Source: Hormiphora californensis (Eukaryota; Animalia; Ctenophora). From it: DNA of 64,000 nucleotides. Below are positions 47,828-61,250 of the stretch, one piece after another. Within the stretch, counting starts at the first letter, position 1, and the number at the start of each line of letters is the position of its first letter. The position numbers and the translations under genes are program-made. A model generated the notes under the pieces. That model had not been told where the DNA came from. It searched no databases and saw only the letters and a program-made list of their open reading frames with translations. Location of the stretch: positions 6,014,001 to 6,078,000 of the forward strand of contig CM035356.1 in assembly GCA_020137815.1 (NCBI GenBank), given 5' to 3'.

Positions 47828-49156
47828 AGCTTGGGACTGCCCCTACGGGCGGTTCCGCCATCCTAGGGACATATCTCAAATTAATTTGTTTAAAGTAGTG
47901 TTGAAAAGTAAAGGGAGGGTTAGAACATAACAATTCTGTCCACACTCCACTCTCAAATTAAAGTTTAACAGAAACAGGGCGGCTCTAGCCGGGTGTCCAG
48001 GTGTCCATGGCCACCCTTGGCGAATTTAAGGGCACTGAGGAACATTTCATTAAGAGAAAATGAAAGAAATTCCGTTCAGGTCTGGTAAGGATTTTACACG
48101 CATTTTCAGAGGACACCCTATATTTCAATTCAACATAACTTCGCCAAAACTTAATTTCTTTTCGATACGGTTTTTTCCTGCTTTCTTATTTATCAATTCT
48201 TCACACATTAAACACAGAAAATACTCGATCAGCTTGATGGAACAATTCGATAATTGCGTTTTAGTGGCTAAAACTGTCTCAATTTGACAAAATTGCCCTC
48301 AAAAACCCCAAATTTGCCCCTGAACCCTGCACCCCGCCCAACACCCCGCCGGGGCTGCGCCCCTGGACCTTGCCATGGGGGGTTTCACCCCCCCCCCATA
48401 CCCCCTGACCGAGGCCACCCCTGGGCCCTGGCCCCGGCCCCGGACACCCTGAACAGAAAGCCAGTGGACAAATATAATATTAATATCAACCATACTGCAG
48501 TACATCCTTATGAAGATATAAGAACAACGGTAACACATGCCAACTGCTACGGAATTAAGAAACTTCAAAAACAAAGACAAATCTTTTTGGAAGCAAAAAA
48601 GTTTGGAAGGAAAATTTTTACTGGCTGTTCAAGGAAAAACTCGCGCGGCGCAAAGATGCAGCGTTCATAGATCATAAATAAGCCGCGCATTGTATTGATA
48701 TTTAAAAAAAACTTCCACACGCGAACGTTCAAAACCAAAAAATTCCTGATTTTGCGTCATTTATCCTCGTTTGACGTCCTTGTTGGAATGCGCTACAGCA
48801 CCCCTCATGCATCAGAGGGGCCTGCAGCGTATGCCAAACGTAGTTGTTGTCTCTCCTTCTTCTCTCAACTCTCAAGGGCCCGGCATCCCCTACTTGAGAA
48901 AGTGATAGTTTAGAGAGTGCGTTGGCACCATTTTTCTACTATTTATTCACTATAATTGAGTGGTATATTAAATGCATAAAATACATTTACATTTACTGCC
49001 CACAGCTGTGAGCTGCTGCTTCGGCGATGCTTCGCGTCCCGCAAGACTTGTCGGTGCCTTGCACCGCCCCTGAAAATAATTCGTGTCTCTGATTGTTTAT
49101 TTTTAATCATCAGGACCAGAATTGAGTCAACTGATACTGCAGTGCACTGTGTCCAC

Positions 49157-49438
49157 TAGGGGTTGCTAAGTTGAAAATTTTTGAATACACAATTTTAAAG
49201 TGTTGCACGTGTATTGGGATGTTCTAGGGACTAATTTCCGTGTTTTGAAATTTTAAAATTTCAAAATTTTTTTTCGATTTTTTCCCGATTTTTCACCGAA
49301 AACAAGGGTCACAAAAGTGGCTTGCGACTCGAAGCGGCTGAACCGTTTGGGCTAAAACTTCGAATATCAGTAGAAAATTACCCACTGAATACCAGACATA
49401 TTGTTCCAAAGCGATATTTTTCAACTTAGCAACCCCTA
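49157..49438. mobile_element. hAT-type MITE
   Basis: TIRs taggggttgctaagttgaaaa / ttttcaacttagcaaccccta; perfect 8-bp TSD gtgtccac. Confidence 0.92.
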
Positions 49439-50032
49439 GTGTCCACGCTACGAGAACGGAACATCTTGCCGCTTCTAGCCTCATAGTCTATCCTCATCGA
49501 CCATTCGGTGGTTGCAACTTGCATGACCTCTAAGGCCGTGATGATAAAGATGTATGGTTATTCGAATCAGCTTTAACGCCCACCGGCTTGTGTAAACCAT
49601 AACCCAAAAGTTAGCCGACGACTCACGTTGACTTGTCAGATGCAGATGAATCAAGATGAGTCAAGTGGCTTTGCTCATAACTGATCTCTTTGATCCTGTA
49701 TCTCTGTATTGGTTGGATGATATCAATGTCAACAAATAGCAACTGACAAGAGTGGCGAGAATAGCAAACCTATTGTTCTCAACCAGTCAACGATTTACCT
49801 CTTCATTTCCCGTCTGCTTGGACAGTTGCCAAATGCTAGTTCTCGTCTGCTAGTGCCGAATTATATCGAGGAAGTATATTTGATTTTTTTGCCATATTGC
49901 TCTTTGTTACTGTTTATACTTTATACAATACCAGATTCAAATATCAACTGCATATTTTTAACACTTCCATTATAACCATAAACCTGATATAACCATAAAC
50001 CTGATATTTATACCTAGGTTTATATGTGATTT

Positions 50033-50578
50033 ATGATGTGTCTAAACTGGTGTTGGATACGGAGGGAGGATGAGAATAACCCGAAAAGAAAGCTCCTAAC
50101 CCCTGCTGCCCCGGTTCCCCGAATCGGTACTTCTACCTCCGCCCCTACAACGCCCACCCCTTCTACCAACGAGTACAAACATGTTATGGACAAATATAAA
50201 CGCCAGGTTTCTGAGCAACAGGCCTCCTCTCCTAGCGTAGTTTCCAGTAATCGTACAGCTGTAGGGTGTAAAGAGGAGGTGATTGAAATGACAGAGCAGC
50301 GGTCAGAGGGTGTTGAGAAACAAGAACTTGTTCAGGAGCCATTACAAAATCAGAGTTCTCCCAAAACCTCGAATGTCGGTTTGACAGAAAGAGAAGAGAG
50401 CTTGGTGGGGGTTATATCCAATACTTTTAATTCATTGGTCGAGAGGTCAGATAGACTGAGTCAAACTGAGAAACAGAGTGAGGAGTTGCAACAAAACTCT
50501 AAAAATTTCAGAACTCTCTCCATGAAGTTGAGGTCTCAGCAGAAGGCTAAAGCCAATAAGTCTGTTTTTAAGTGGTGA
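50033..50578 (+). CDS. Small R-SNARE (synaptobrevin-motif, tomosyn/amisyn-like) protein lacking a transmembrane anchor
   Basis: C-terminal SLVGVISNTFNSLVERSDRLSQTEKQSEELQQNSKNF...KSVFKW fits the R-SNARE heptads with zero-layer ER; no TM; in-frame TGA at 50027-50029 supports the ATG start. Confidence 0.75.
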   Translation: MMCLNWCWIRREDENNPKRKLLTPAAPVPRIGTSTSAPTTPTPSTNEYKHVMDKYKRQVSEQQASSPSVVSSNRTAVGCKEEVIEMTEQRSEGVEKQELVQEPLQNQSSPKTSNVGLTEREESLVGVISNTFNSLVERSDRLSQTEKQSEELQQNSKNFRTLSMKLRSQQKAKANKSVFKW

Positions 50579-51383
50579 AAAAGTGTATTTTTCTTCTTCA
50601 TTTTTTGTGGTTAATCGTTTCAGTGTTCAAGATGAATGATTTTTTTTAGCAAACCAATTAAATGATAATTTAGATTTACTTCCAGTTACTAAAAATCATA
50701 TCAATATAATATTCTCACATGCTAAATCGTTATGCCACATCCCATTCCTTTTGCATAATATTTTCATAAAGTTTCCTAATTTATCACTCGTCACTGTTTT
50801 AGAGGCCTATGGACCATGTAACTGAACCAGGTGAGTCAGAAGAAGAAATAATGATCAGTCGTGTGTGTGTGTACTGTGTGTGACACACTCATAATCCAAC
50901 TCACAATGTTTTCTACCAACACATTCTGGCTCTCTGAAAGTTTCGCGTCTCTTGGCTGTCTCTCATGTTTTGAAAGAGTAAACAGATGATATGGGATAAA
51001 ACGGAGGGGTAGAGATGTTGGGAGAACAATGAGAAAAAAGGGAGATAGAGAGAGAAAGGGTGAGGGATATAGAGGGAAAGATAGATAGGAAAGAGAGAGA
51101 GAGAGAGGCAAGATGGTGGCTGGTAGAAATTCACACTGTTGCTTTCCGGACTACTACCGAGTGTTGGCATGGACAATGGCCTCAAGCACACTTCCTTTCT
51201 CCATTGTCTAGTCGTCTTTATCCTCCCCTCTCTCTCCACTTCTTGGCTCCCATCCTCCGGACATCTTTTTTGTCCTCAAACTCTCCTTTTCTTTTATCTT
51301 TCCCTTCATTCATTGAACTTACACATCTTCCCATCCAAGACATCTTTACTAACTCATTCTCGTTCATCTTCTCTATATATATG

Positions 51384-51440
<57 letters not shown>

Positions 51441-51903
51441 ACCCCCTCCTCTCACACGGAAACAACAACTGTGCACACGCTCAATCAGTGTCTTTAAGGT
51501 GGTCACGTGACCTCTCCCTCTCTCTCGCATGACAGAGAGGGAGGGGGGTACTTCACAATTCGAGGGGGTATAAAGGCGACGCGTGAGACAACACGCGAAT
51601 AGGATGGTGAACCATGCGCCGAGTTGTTTGCCTTATACCCCCCTCTCTCTCTTGCATTCTAGATAGTGTCACTAAACAAGCTAGGTCTGATACAATAGGT
51701 ATCACGTTGTTGATGTGGTGTCTTTAGCTAAGAATGTTTGTTTGCGTTTTTTCGGGATACTTTTTAGGAAGCTTTACTTTCTATTAACTGTTAGCATCTA
51801 GTCGACTACTGCAGCAGCAGCACTTGTTGGTTGTTCAAAATCCAAGCAATCCATATTATATCACTCGTCTATGCCTTCTTGATTGTTCTCTCTCCCATTC
51901 CTA

Positions 51904-51959
51904 GTACTGCAGTCGGACCCCGTTCCAGTAAATCAGGGTCCGGGGTCCGACTGCAGTAG
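51904..51959. mobile_element. Tiny hairpin MITE remnant
   Basis: tactgcagtcggaccccg ... cggggtccgactgcagta inverted repeat. Confidence 0.7.
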
Positions 51960-52015
51960 TAGTTTACCTCCCTGTCCCTAACATTCTCCCTGTCCCTCGT
52001 TTATAGATCAACTGA

Positions 52016-53524
52016 ATGTGCCGAGCTTGCAAGTCAGATGCCCCAAAGTGGGGACATGGAATCCGAGTACCCGTCAAGGACCTGCCCCGGTTCTTTGAAT
52101 CTCAACAAAGTTGGAATTTCGAGCAGAAAATTTATGGAAGAAATGTCGAGATCTTGGTAAGTAAATCCGCTATTGGTGATTTGTATTTTACTATTTTTTG
52201 TTTTCGTTTCTGTTTTTCTCCATTTCCAAACTAACCCCTTCATTTCCAAACTAACCCCTCCAACCCCAAACTAACCTCTCCATTTATTTCCATACTAACC
52301 ACTTTATTTCCAAACTAACCCCTTCATTTATTTCCAGGAAAACGTCCGGCCAACCTTGACAGGAACTCTAGGATGCAGGGACACCAGCACAACTCGCAGG
52401 GAAAACCAGGTAAATAAAACTAGAGTTGTGTAGACAACATTTATGGGTTGCATTCTCCAGATTATTTCCTAAAACTAGAATTCTATCTGGTAAATTTCGA
52501 CAGTTGGTTTTAGACACAGTGTAAACCAAATAGGCGGCGCTAGACGGTACGGTGTCAACTGATCCGTTCTATCTTTTTCGCTATCTTTTTCCCTCCCTTT
52601 TCTTTCTTTCCCGACGACGCTTTGTCACGGTTGGGTGCGCTTTGAAAAATTTACCAAATTGCCCAATTGAACTTCATACTTTCATATGGCCTCCCCTGTT
52701 TGAATTGGCATGGAGAGGTTAAAAAATAACCGTCTGTTGTAGGAGAAGGGGGAGCTGTTTTGTGGTGTTTTATCTCCCTAACACCCCTGGCTCCCCAATG
52801 CCCTATTATCATTATTCCTAACACCTATCCTTCTCCCCTCAGTTTCTAGTCCGAGAAATATTCCATTGTCCTGGATGGCGGTACGGGTGTTCACCAAGAA
52901 TCGGCTGTTCAGGAAAACGGAAAAACTGCTACGCTCTCTGCAAGGTTTGTTCACCACTTTCTGGCACTTTTCATGTTAGGGGATTGGGTATTGGGTAAAA
53001 CGATAGGTATGTATTTCAGAGTGGGAAAGAGTTAACATCTCATGCACCCCATCACTTGATAGGTCCATACTCTCACTAGGTACCTACTCACTAAATTCAC
53101 AGTGCACTGTGTGATTGGGTGTCAATGCAGATTTAGTCACATGTGTCAAACCCAATTAGGTACTTAAAATCCCATCAAGAGAGTGGGGTTGTATTGAGTG
53201 AGAGTGGGGAGGTTATTTTTGAAAAGGGTAAAAGGTAAACCCCCGATTATGTATAGACTCTCTCCCTCCCTCTTTAAGTTGCTTGAACGATTCATCGATA
53301 AGCACAGATTAGCTACTCAGACCCCAATAGGTCAATTTACCGCGGTATCCATGTGTGCTCTTAAAGCCCCCCTCTTATGATAGGGGGTATTGACCTACTA
53401 AGATCAACACAATCAAATTCTGATTAATTCCCCCAATCGGCGGGTGTCTAAACGGTTTTTGATGAGAGGTAGATAGAGAGTTGTCTGTCCCCTCGATCAC
53501 TCCCTATCTCTCAAGGAAGGGAGA

Positions 53525-53578
<54 letters not shown>

Positions 53579-53886
53579 ACCCTCTCTCTCAGACACATTA
53601 CCTCAGCAAATTCGTTCATTGTGTGTTTTACACCCTCTCAATAATAAACAGTCCCCCACCAGTTAGAAGCCATAGCAGGGGTCCAGCCAGCCCAGTCATC
53701 CCCTCCCTCTCTCCCCTCACAATTGCCCAACAATTCATTCCAGAACGTGTCTGGCCACTTTCCCTGAAGGGGATGAATGTGTTTCCTTCCCCCCATGATA
53801 ATAGTAGGGGCCATTGCAGGGTAATCAAATGTGTCTAGAATCCAACAACGTCATAAATGTGGTCTTACCCCTCCTCTATCTCTCTG

Positions 53887-53985
<99 letters not shown>

Positions 53986-53992
53986 CTCTCTC

Positions 53993-54032
<40 letters not shown>

Positions 54033-55647
54033 ACTGAGATGGTGCTGACACACGTATTGCACGTTTCCAGTTAACCAATTACAAGAAAAGCGTGTCGCAC
54101 CTCGGAAAAAAGGAGGGAGTCTCATGTCATCAGTATGAAATTGATTGGCGATGGGTCTAATTAGAACCCTGTGCCGTTCACGGAAGAGAGAGAGAGGGGA
54201 GAGAGAGAGAGAGAGAGGGAGAGAGAATTGTAAACATGTCTCAATCAATCACGTGCTAACACACACACTACTAGGATACACACTGTGAACCTCACTTATT
54301 ACCCATTCAATAAACACACTTGCAAAAAGGGGAACAGAAAGGCGGGGTTTTCCTAATTTACTACCAACTTTTTGAATTGCCCTTTCCTAGTTTGGGGGTT
54401 CCAATATTATACTGCCAACCAATTGTCCCTCTTTAGCTTTTACAAACTTTGTTGACACCCCACCCTAAACATCCCTCTCTCCCTCAACATCCCCTAACCC
54501 CCTTCTACCAACATCCCCTAACCCCTCTTCCCTTCCCCAGGTAGCAATATACAGCGAGGAGCCCGATATGAGTGTAGTGCAGTATGCAGGGACCCACGGT
54601 GCCGGGAACCCCACAAACCCCCAGAGACATCGGCCCACCAACAGGATCAGGCAGTTCATTAGACAGCAACACTTGACATCTGGTGCTACCCCTGCACAAT
54701 TGGAGTATGCTATCAGACGGGCTGCTGTACAAGAAGGTACATGAGCTTTTTATGTGATATCTTTCATTCAGTTATTGTGAAGATTTGTTTTGTAGAATCG
54801 CTATCGAAAAAGGGGAATTTTTTTTCTAATCATGCTGAATCATCCATAAATCTAATCCCCTCACTCCCTCTCCAGGAAAAGATGTCAATGACCCAAGGCA
54901 TGTACCTACCAGCGCCATGATTCGTCACATTGTGAAACGAGCCCGGACAGGCCCCAGCTCCACCACAACCTCCGCAAGCAGCCCAACCTCATCTGGAGAG
55001 AGAAACTGTGCCAGAAATAAATCCATGGTAAGTGGGAGAACACAGGTCGAGTTGGCGAGGAAAGAGGATGCTGAATTATGGGGAAGATGGGGGGTGTTTA
55101 AGGGTGTTTATCTAACGAGTCAGTTCATGAGAGTGGGGTCAAACACTTTTTGTGAGGTTTTCAAACTTATGATATCTAACCTCCCTCTCTATCTCTCTCA
55201 GAGCCCCGATCACCAGCTAGAGAGACTATCCAAAGTGGCTGATATTGTCCGACCTGTACCTGTCAAAGCCCTCTCTAGCCCTGAGAGATTCCCCGATCTA
55301 CTATCTTCTGTTCAGAGTTTAAAGACTCTCCTTCCATCCCAGATTGCTGGACTTGCAGAACTCATCTTAAAGAACCAGTGAGTTTTTTACTTTTTATTTA
55401 TCAACAAACCATGTAAAAAATAGTTACATCGAGCTTGTATTGATAACTTGGTTTTTAACAATGATATTATCCAGTTAAACTAACTACATTTCCTTGTTTC
55501 AGGGTGTCCCTAAGCAGCCTCAGAACAGCTCCGACCATGCTTTCCTCGGACGATGTTGGGAGTGTTGGATCACTATCTCCTGGTAGCCCAACTCAGTGGC
55601 TGGACCAATCAAAACCCGTCATCTGGAGGCCCTATCTGCCCGGGTGA
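52016..55647 (+). CDS. Putative transcription factor with Cys/His zinc-finger-like and HTH-like segments and near-C-terminal WRPY. Exons ~52016-52156, 52338-52409, 52842-52943, 54541-54736, 54876-55026, 55202-55377, 55503-55647
   Basis: Seven GT-AG exons join in frame: ...FHCPGWRYGC...KRKNCYALCKVAIYSEEPDMSVVQYAGTHG...RIRQFIRQQHLTSGATPAQL...PTSAMIRHIVKR...KPVIWRPYLPG*. Confidence 0.7.
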
Positions 55648-55725
55648 ATGAAATGTGATGATCAGAATAACGAGAGACTTTGAGAAGAAGAAGAATATTG
55701 TATAGATAATCAGAGAGAATGAAGA

Positions 55726-55786
<61 letters not shown>

Positions 55787-55970
55787 AGAGAGAGAGAGAA
55801 TGAGAGAGAGAGAATGAGAGAGAGACAATGAGAGAGACAATGAGAGACAATGATCCCTATAGTAGCTCTTCAGATAAATGTGAATGAACTCTTAAACCGA
55901 TAAACCAGCACGTGGATACAAGGGAAAGCTTTTTGTTTTTGACCCACTGTGTTCTGTAAATATTTAAACC

Positions 55971-58900
55971 AATAATAATAATAATATTAAGTTTTGTATA
56001 CCGCCACAGACACGACAGGGCCAGATAAGTAAAACTGTACCTGACACTGACGAGCTTCAGAGCGGTATACCTAACGCAAAAAAGATCCTTATATTCTTAC
56101 ACACTTTGGAAAAACTCACTCCTAATTGTAGATATACTAAAAAGATAACTGGTCACATAACTTTCAAAAAACTGATGAGATGGAAAAAAAATACAGACTT
56201 TATTAAATAAAGGGAACAAAGCCAACAACCCACACTTATCAGCAGCTCAACAATACTGATAAAAAGCCCTAAGTGAAAGTGGTGAGCACACCTAAAGACC
56301 GCCTACTGACAGATGGGGAGTCCGGTGATCAACTCAGACGCCACACCGGGAGTCTTCAGGGGTGGAAGCGGGGGAAAACCCTTAAAGGGGAAAAATTTTG
56401 GTTTTCAAACTTTTGAAATTTAACAATCAAAGGGGTTGTACGATCTCAGGTTCCCAAAAGGGAAGGAGTTCCAAACTGTCCCCTTTAAAAAAACCCGAAA
56501 CCCCCCTCCTCCTCAGTTTTGATTTTGGGGATTAACCTAGAAAGTTTAGGGGTATTTTAGTTTGTAAAAAAGTTTAATTACTGAAATTTGCCTTTGTTGG
56601 GTCTCATAAACCCGATAAAATCATCCTAGGGAAACCCGTTTTGGTAAAAACCCGGAGTTTTCCCGTACAATTTTGTACGCTAAAAGGCAGCCCTTTTAAA
56701 GGTTTAAATCTTGCCCGGATTGGGGGGAATGAGCTTCCCTTAAATACCATCATAGCCCATCCTTTATGTCCCTCGTAAGTTTTGGGTGAAACCCCCTAAC
56801 CCGGGGTTCCAACCTTTTGGGAAAGGGGTTTTAGAAACCCTTTTTCGGAAATCCCAAAAGTTAAAAGGATTTTTTACGTAGTTATCCCTTTTAATGACTA
56901 ATTTCCACAAAAAGAATCCGTGTCATTTTTAAACATTATGGCCGTTGGCCCTAGGTTCTTTTAGTGGCCCAATTTAAAATTTTTTTTAACATTTTTCACC
57001 TGCCTCTTTCCCGGGTGAGTGCTCAAACCCGAAGTATTTCCCGAGTTTCCTGTGCTACCTTTGAAACCATCGGTTTCAGCAAAATGTACCCCTCCCAAAA
57101 AGATTTCCCGGGTTTGAAAACCCCCTTCTCAGAGGCTTGATTTTCCCAAAAAGAACAAAATCATCTTACTTCATTAAATTTTAGCCCAAAGTTGCCCCAA
57201 CCCCGTCCTTTAATGGGGCGAGGGATCCTCGATACTATTTTCGTCCTTTCCACCCTTCACATCGTTGGGACAATCCCAAAGTACAATTGGGAAACAAACG
57301 AACAGTTATCATCAGAACCCTACGGGCTAGCAATACCGTTAGCCCCCTTTAGTACCAAAAGAAAAATACAGGCCCCAAAAAAAGATCCCTTGTGGTACTC
57401 CCCCATATGAGAGCGAAAAGACCCCGGAGTTCACCAAAGAAAACCCTTTATCTGGTTTTAAATCCTTTGGGAAATCAAAAACTCTTTTTAAAACCCCCCC
57501 AAGGGGCCCCTTCCCTTTACTCCAAACCTCACCCCCAGCCCCCTCCCTCGCTTCTCAAAAGATCTACAGTATTTGAAAACCCGCCGCTCAGCCAAAAAGG
57601 GATGAGGGGCCGCCATTTTTCCCCGAAAAAAGTTCTCTAAAAAAGTCATCAAACATTCCCAGCCAGAAGAGGGCTCGCAGCTTGTGACCGTACGGGAAAC
57701 CCCCAATGATGGCATTCGTAAGTAAATTTTCGGTTTGATAGGCATTAAAATTTATTCAATAAACCCCCTTTTTAAAAATTTTGAAACAAAAGAAAAGTTT
57801 GACACAGGGCGGTTTGGTTGGCAAGAAAGGGTCTCATCTCCATTGGGGTTCTTTTTCGTTGGGGATGACAAAATATTGGGGAGGGGCTCAGGTACCCGAA
57901 GTTGCACAAAAGGAAATTTGTTAATGAAAAGTCCCTTAAAGCAGGAAACCAAAAATCCTCTAGACAATCCTTCAACCAGCCACTTGGAACGGGAAACTAA
58001 AACACACGACTTTGATGACATCTGCTTACAAATGTGAAAAAGATCTTTGCTTGGGGATCTCTAAAACCGGGCTCGTTAAAAGTCAGGGCCTCAATGAAAA
58101 CCCCCACTTTCCCGTTCTCTTAATTCAACCCCTCAAAACCCCCTCTTCTAGTTCCTTTACATCTTCACCCCCCCCCATTCCTGCCCCTTAAATCCCTTCC
58201 CCTCCCCCCACTTCCGGTTTCCCCTTACATTTATTATTCACACCTCCAAATTTCCCGTTCCAATTACAAACCCTTAAACCCCTCACAATGCCGTTCCAGT
58301 TCCACTAAAATCTTCCCCTTCCTAAAACCCTTTTTCCTTTCACTACAAACCCCCCCCCCGCCCCCTTTCTCTTTGAGTACAGCTGAAAAGGATCCCTTCA
58401 ATCTTTCCCGAGAAAAAAAATGTGCAAAATTAAACAGAAAGCTTCTTTCCCGATAAATCCCCTCGGTAGTTTGGGTCTCTTTTTTCCAAGGAGTCGAATT
58501 TTTAATTTTATGAAGTTTCCGCAGGTCATCCTTCACAACCCCCAGTTCCCTCCCTTTTCATTCCCTTCTTTCTTCTTTTCAATCCTCTCAAAAAATCTTT
58601 GGGGTTCCCCTACCGTGCTTTTTGTTAGCCCTGTTTTATTCTTCTCCCCTTTCCCCTCCCCTTTCCCCTTCCCCCAAGGGGGGTTTTCGAAATCCGGGCT
58701 CCTTTTCCAGGGCCCGAAAATTTTTCACCGATTTTTTCCCTTTTTAAATGGGGGCAAATTCTCTACAGCCTCCTTCAAAGCCCCCGATCATACAGAACAA
58801 AGCCTCCTTTTGGTTTTTTTCACGTATCTGGAAATTTTAAAAACAGATCCCCCAGCCATTCCCGGAAGAAAACCCCTACATCCAAGCCCTTAAAAACATG

Positions 58901-59600
58901 GTAGACACTCATCCTCTCCCGGGAAACCCAAACTTCCCTTTAGAAGCTAACTTTAAACCCCCCGCCCTTAAACCCGATAGTGATCCCACATGTGCCCTCT
59001 GGGAAAAAATTCAGGTTTTCCCCAAAAATTACTGGCCATGCCCCCCGCTACAGATAATCAAATCCGAATGATTAAAGTTTTTAAGACCCCCCAAAAAGCC
59101 TCTTTTCCCTTTTTCTTTCCCCCCGTTGGGCCGTTTTGTGGCGGTTTGGTTTAAACCCTTCGTTTCCCTTGAATTTTCGGGCAAATGGGGTAGTAGCGCT
59201 CCTTTTTCCTTTTTGGGAAAGGGAAAGAAAATTAAGCTACCCCTTTTTTTTTATCTAATAAAAATGATTTGATTTTTTTAATTAGCCCCGGCTAAAGTAA
59301 TTTTCCCAAATTTTCAAAGACGATGGCTTTTGGGTTCCCGTCTCATAAATATTCCCAGGGGGAGGGGAAAAAATATGGGGGCAAAAGGGAAGAATGGCCC
59401 AGCTCGCTTTGACTATGCTTAAAAAAAAATAGCATGCCTTCTTTTTTACGACCCAAGGGGGGGGAGTTTTTTAAAAAGGTTAAAACGTGACTGCCCCCGA
59501 TGGGGGGGGTTCCCGGGAAGGGGGAGGCCGGGGGGGGGGGCATTATAGGAAGGGAAATGATGCGTATCCCTAAACGATAAAAGATCGGTGATTAAACTTT
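55971..59600 (-). mobile_element. L2-clade LINE related to the 9401-10487 insert; sequence heavily corrupted
   Basis: (TAT)n tail and 3'UTR similar to 9401-9520 (tttgtataccgcc...cgacaggg.cag); minus-strand ggagtaccacaaggg (GVPQG) at ~57377-57391; ADD-like codons near 57310. The 5' boundary is uncertain. Confidence 0.7.
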
Positions 59601-60351
59601 TTTAGAGAAATATGAGCGCCCATACCCTTTGGGAAAACCCATGAATATATAAAACTCTACGCAGGGCTGTGCTGAAAAGTTTGGGGAAAATTATAAAAGG
59701 GACGGGGGGGTGTTTTCAAATTTAAAATTTACCAACCCCACTTATTTTTTGAAGGGGTTTGGGGAAACCGGGGGGGGTTTTTGGTTTTGGTTTGGGGGAC
59801 TTTTATATTGTTAAAACACGAAAAAAAGAACTGAGAGTTCGGCTAGGCCCGGAAAAAGAGGTTTGTGTGCCCCTATACCATTTTGAATTTTTAGGGGCCC
59901 TCATTTGGGTTTTGAGGGGGTTAGGGGGGTTAAAGGGTGGGGTTAGGGTTAAATATAGAGTCCTCCTTGGGGTTTTTGATATACCAAAAGAGTCCGTTAG
60001 CCCCTAGACTCTTTGTCCGCCTACCGGAAGCCCAAAGGGCCCCAAAAAAATTCAGCATTTTCCCCCGTGCTTTTAGAAGCCCGGGGAGAAAATTCCAAAC
60101 CCCCCTTCCCGGGTTTTCACCTAAAGGGTTTTTTCCAGCCCCCCCCCCCCTCCCCCCCGTGCCCCCTTTAATCAAATTTTGGTTTAAGATTAGAACCCAT
60201 TGCCCGGTACTTTTACATTATTTCCCCAATTTAAGGGGGTGGGGCCAAAGAAAATCCGTGGGGGATCTAACATTCGTTGTTGTGACTGGGAGTGGAGAAT
60301 GAGATGGTGTTAATTTCCCATTGGGCTTGTTATGTAGGATCTCGACACGTG

Positions 60352-60353
<2 letters not shown>

Positions 60354-60428
<75 letters not shown>

Positions 60429-60599
60429 ATCCCTCGCCCATTTTCCCTCTTGGTAGGGGGTAAATCACCGATTTGTAGGGCAATTGTCGCAACGACCTTT
60501 GCACGCAAAGCTGAAGTGCTTGATGCTCGACCGCTTAGTGAATCTTGGGTATTGGTAAAACAGTTGTAGCACTAATCGACTTCGCGTTGGTGGTGGGAA

Positions 60600-60656
<57 letters not shown>

Positions 60657-60660
60657 TCTG
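60354..60660. repeat. (TC)n and (GA)n microsatellites. Similar tracts at ~33088-33179, 41704-41842, 45463-45610, 51387-51440, 53520-53575, 53880-54030, 55730-55850, 61157-61257
   Basis: Direct dinucleotide runs. Confidence 0.95.
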
Positions 60661-61156
60661 AGAGAGAAAGAGATTGAAGGCATCTGTAGGTTGTGATCAC
60701 GGATTATCCCCTCCCTGTTCACGATCACGTGAGATCGTGTGGATTGAGAGAACAAGAGATGTTGTACAACTACCTTCCATCCCCCCTCTGTCAGAGCATT
60801 GGCCTGACCCTATTCTCATTTCCCTGTGGTCAGAGCATTGGCCTGACAGCCTGGCCTTCCACCACTGGCACTACTAAAGTCACCACTACCAGCCATCAGG
60901 AGGGGTTGCTTGGTTAGGAAAACAATTGTGGGGCTGTCGGCTGAGATGAATTTAGTAAGGGAGAGGGTATATCACGAGCTTCAGGTACAAGGGTGGGACT
61001 CTGTCCAGCCAATTTGGGCCGGGTCCTATCCTTCCTCCTTGTATTGCAATCGCCAATTCATTGATTATCTCCTTTAGCCCGAGTCACAAATTCTCTCCTT
61101 CCTTAGTAACATCGCTCAGTCTCTCTCCCTTTACAATTGGTCTACCTATCTCCTTT

Positions 61157-61250
<94 letters not shown>

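Noticed and set aside
47974-48470. GC-rich hAT-like MITE
   Set aside because: Looks repeat-derived, but no clear TIR pair or TSD could be defined.
57192-60302. Numerous short K/F/P/G-rich ORFs
   Set aside because: They arise from homopolymer-corrupted L2 sequence.
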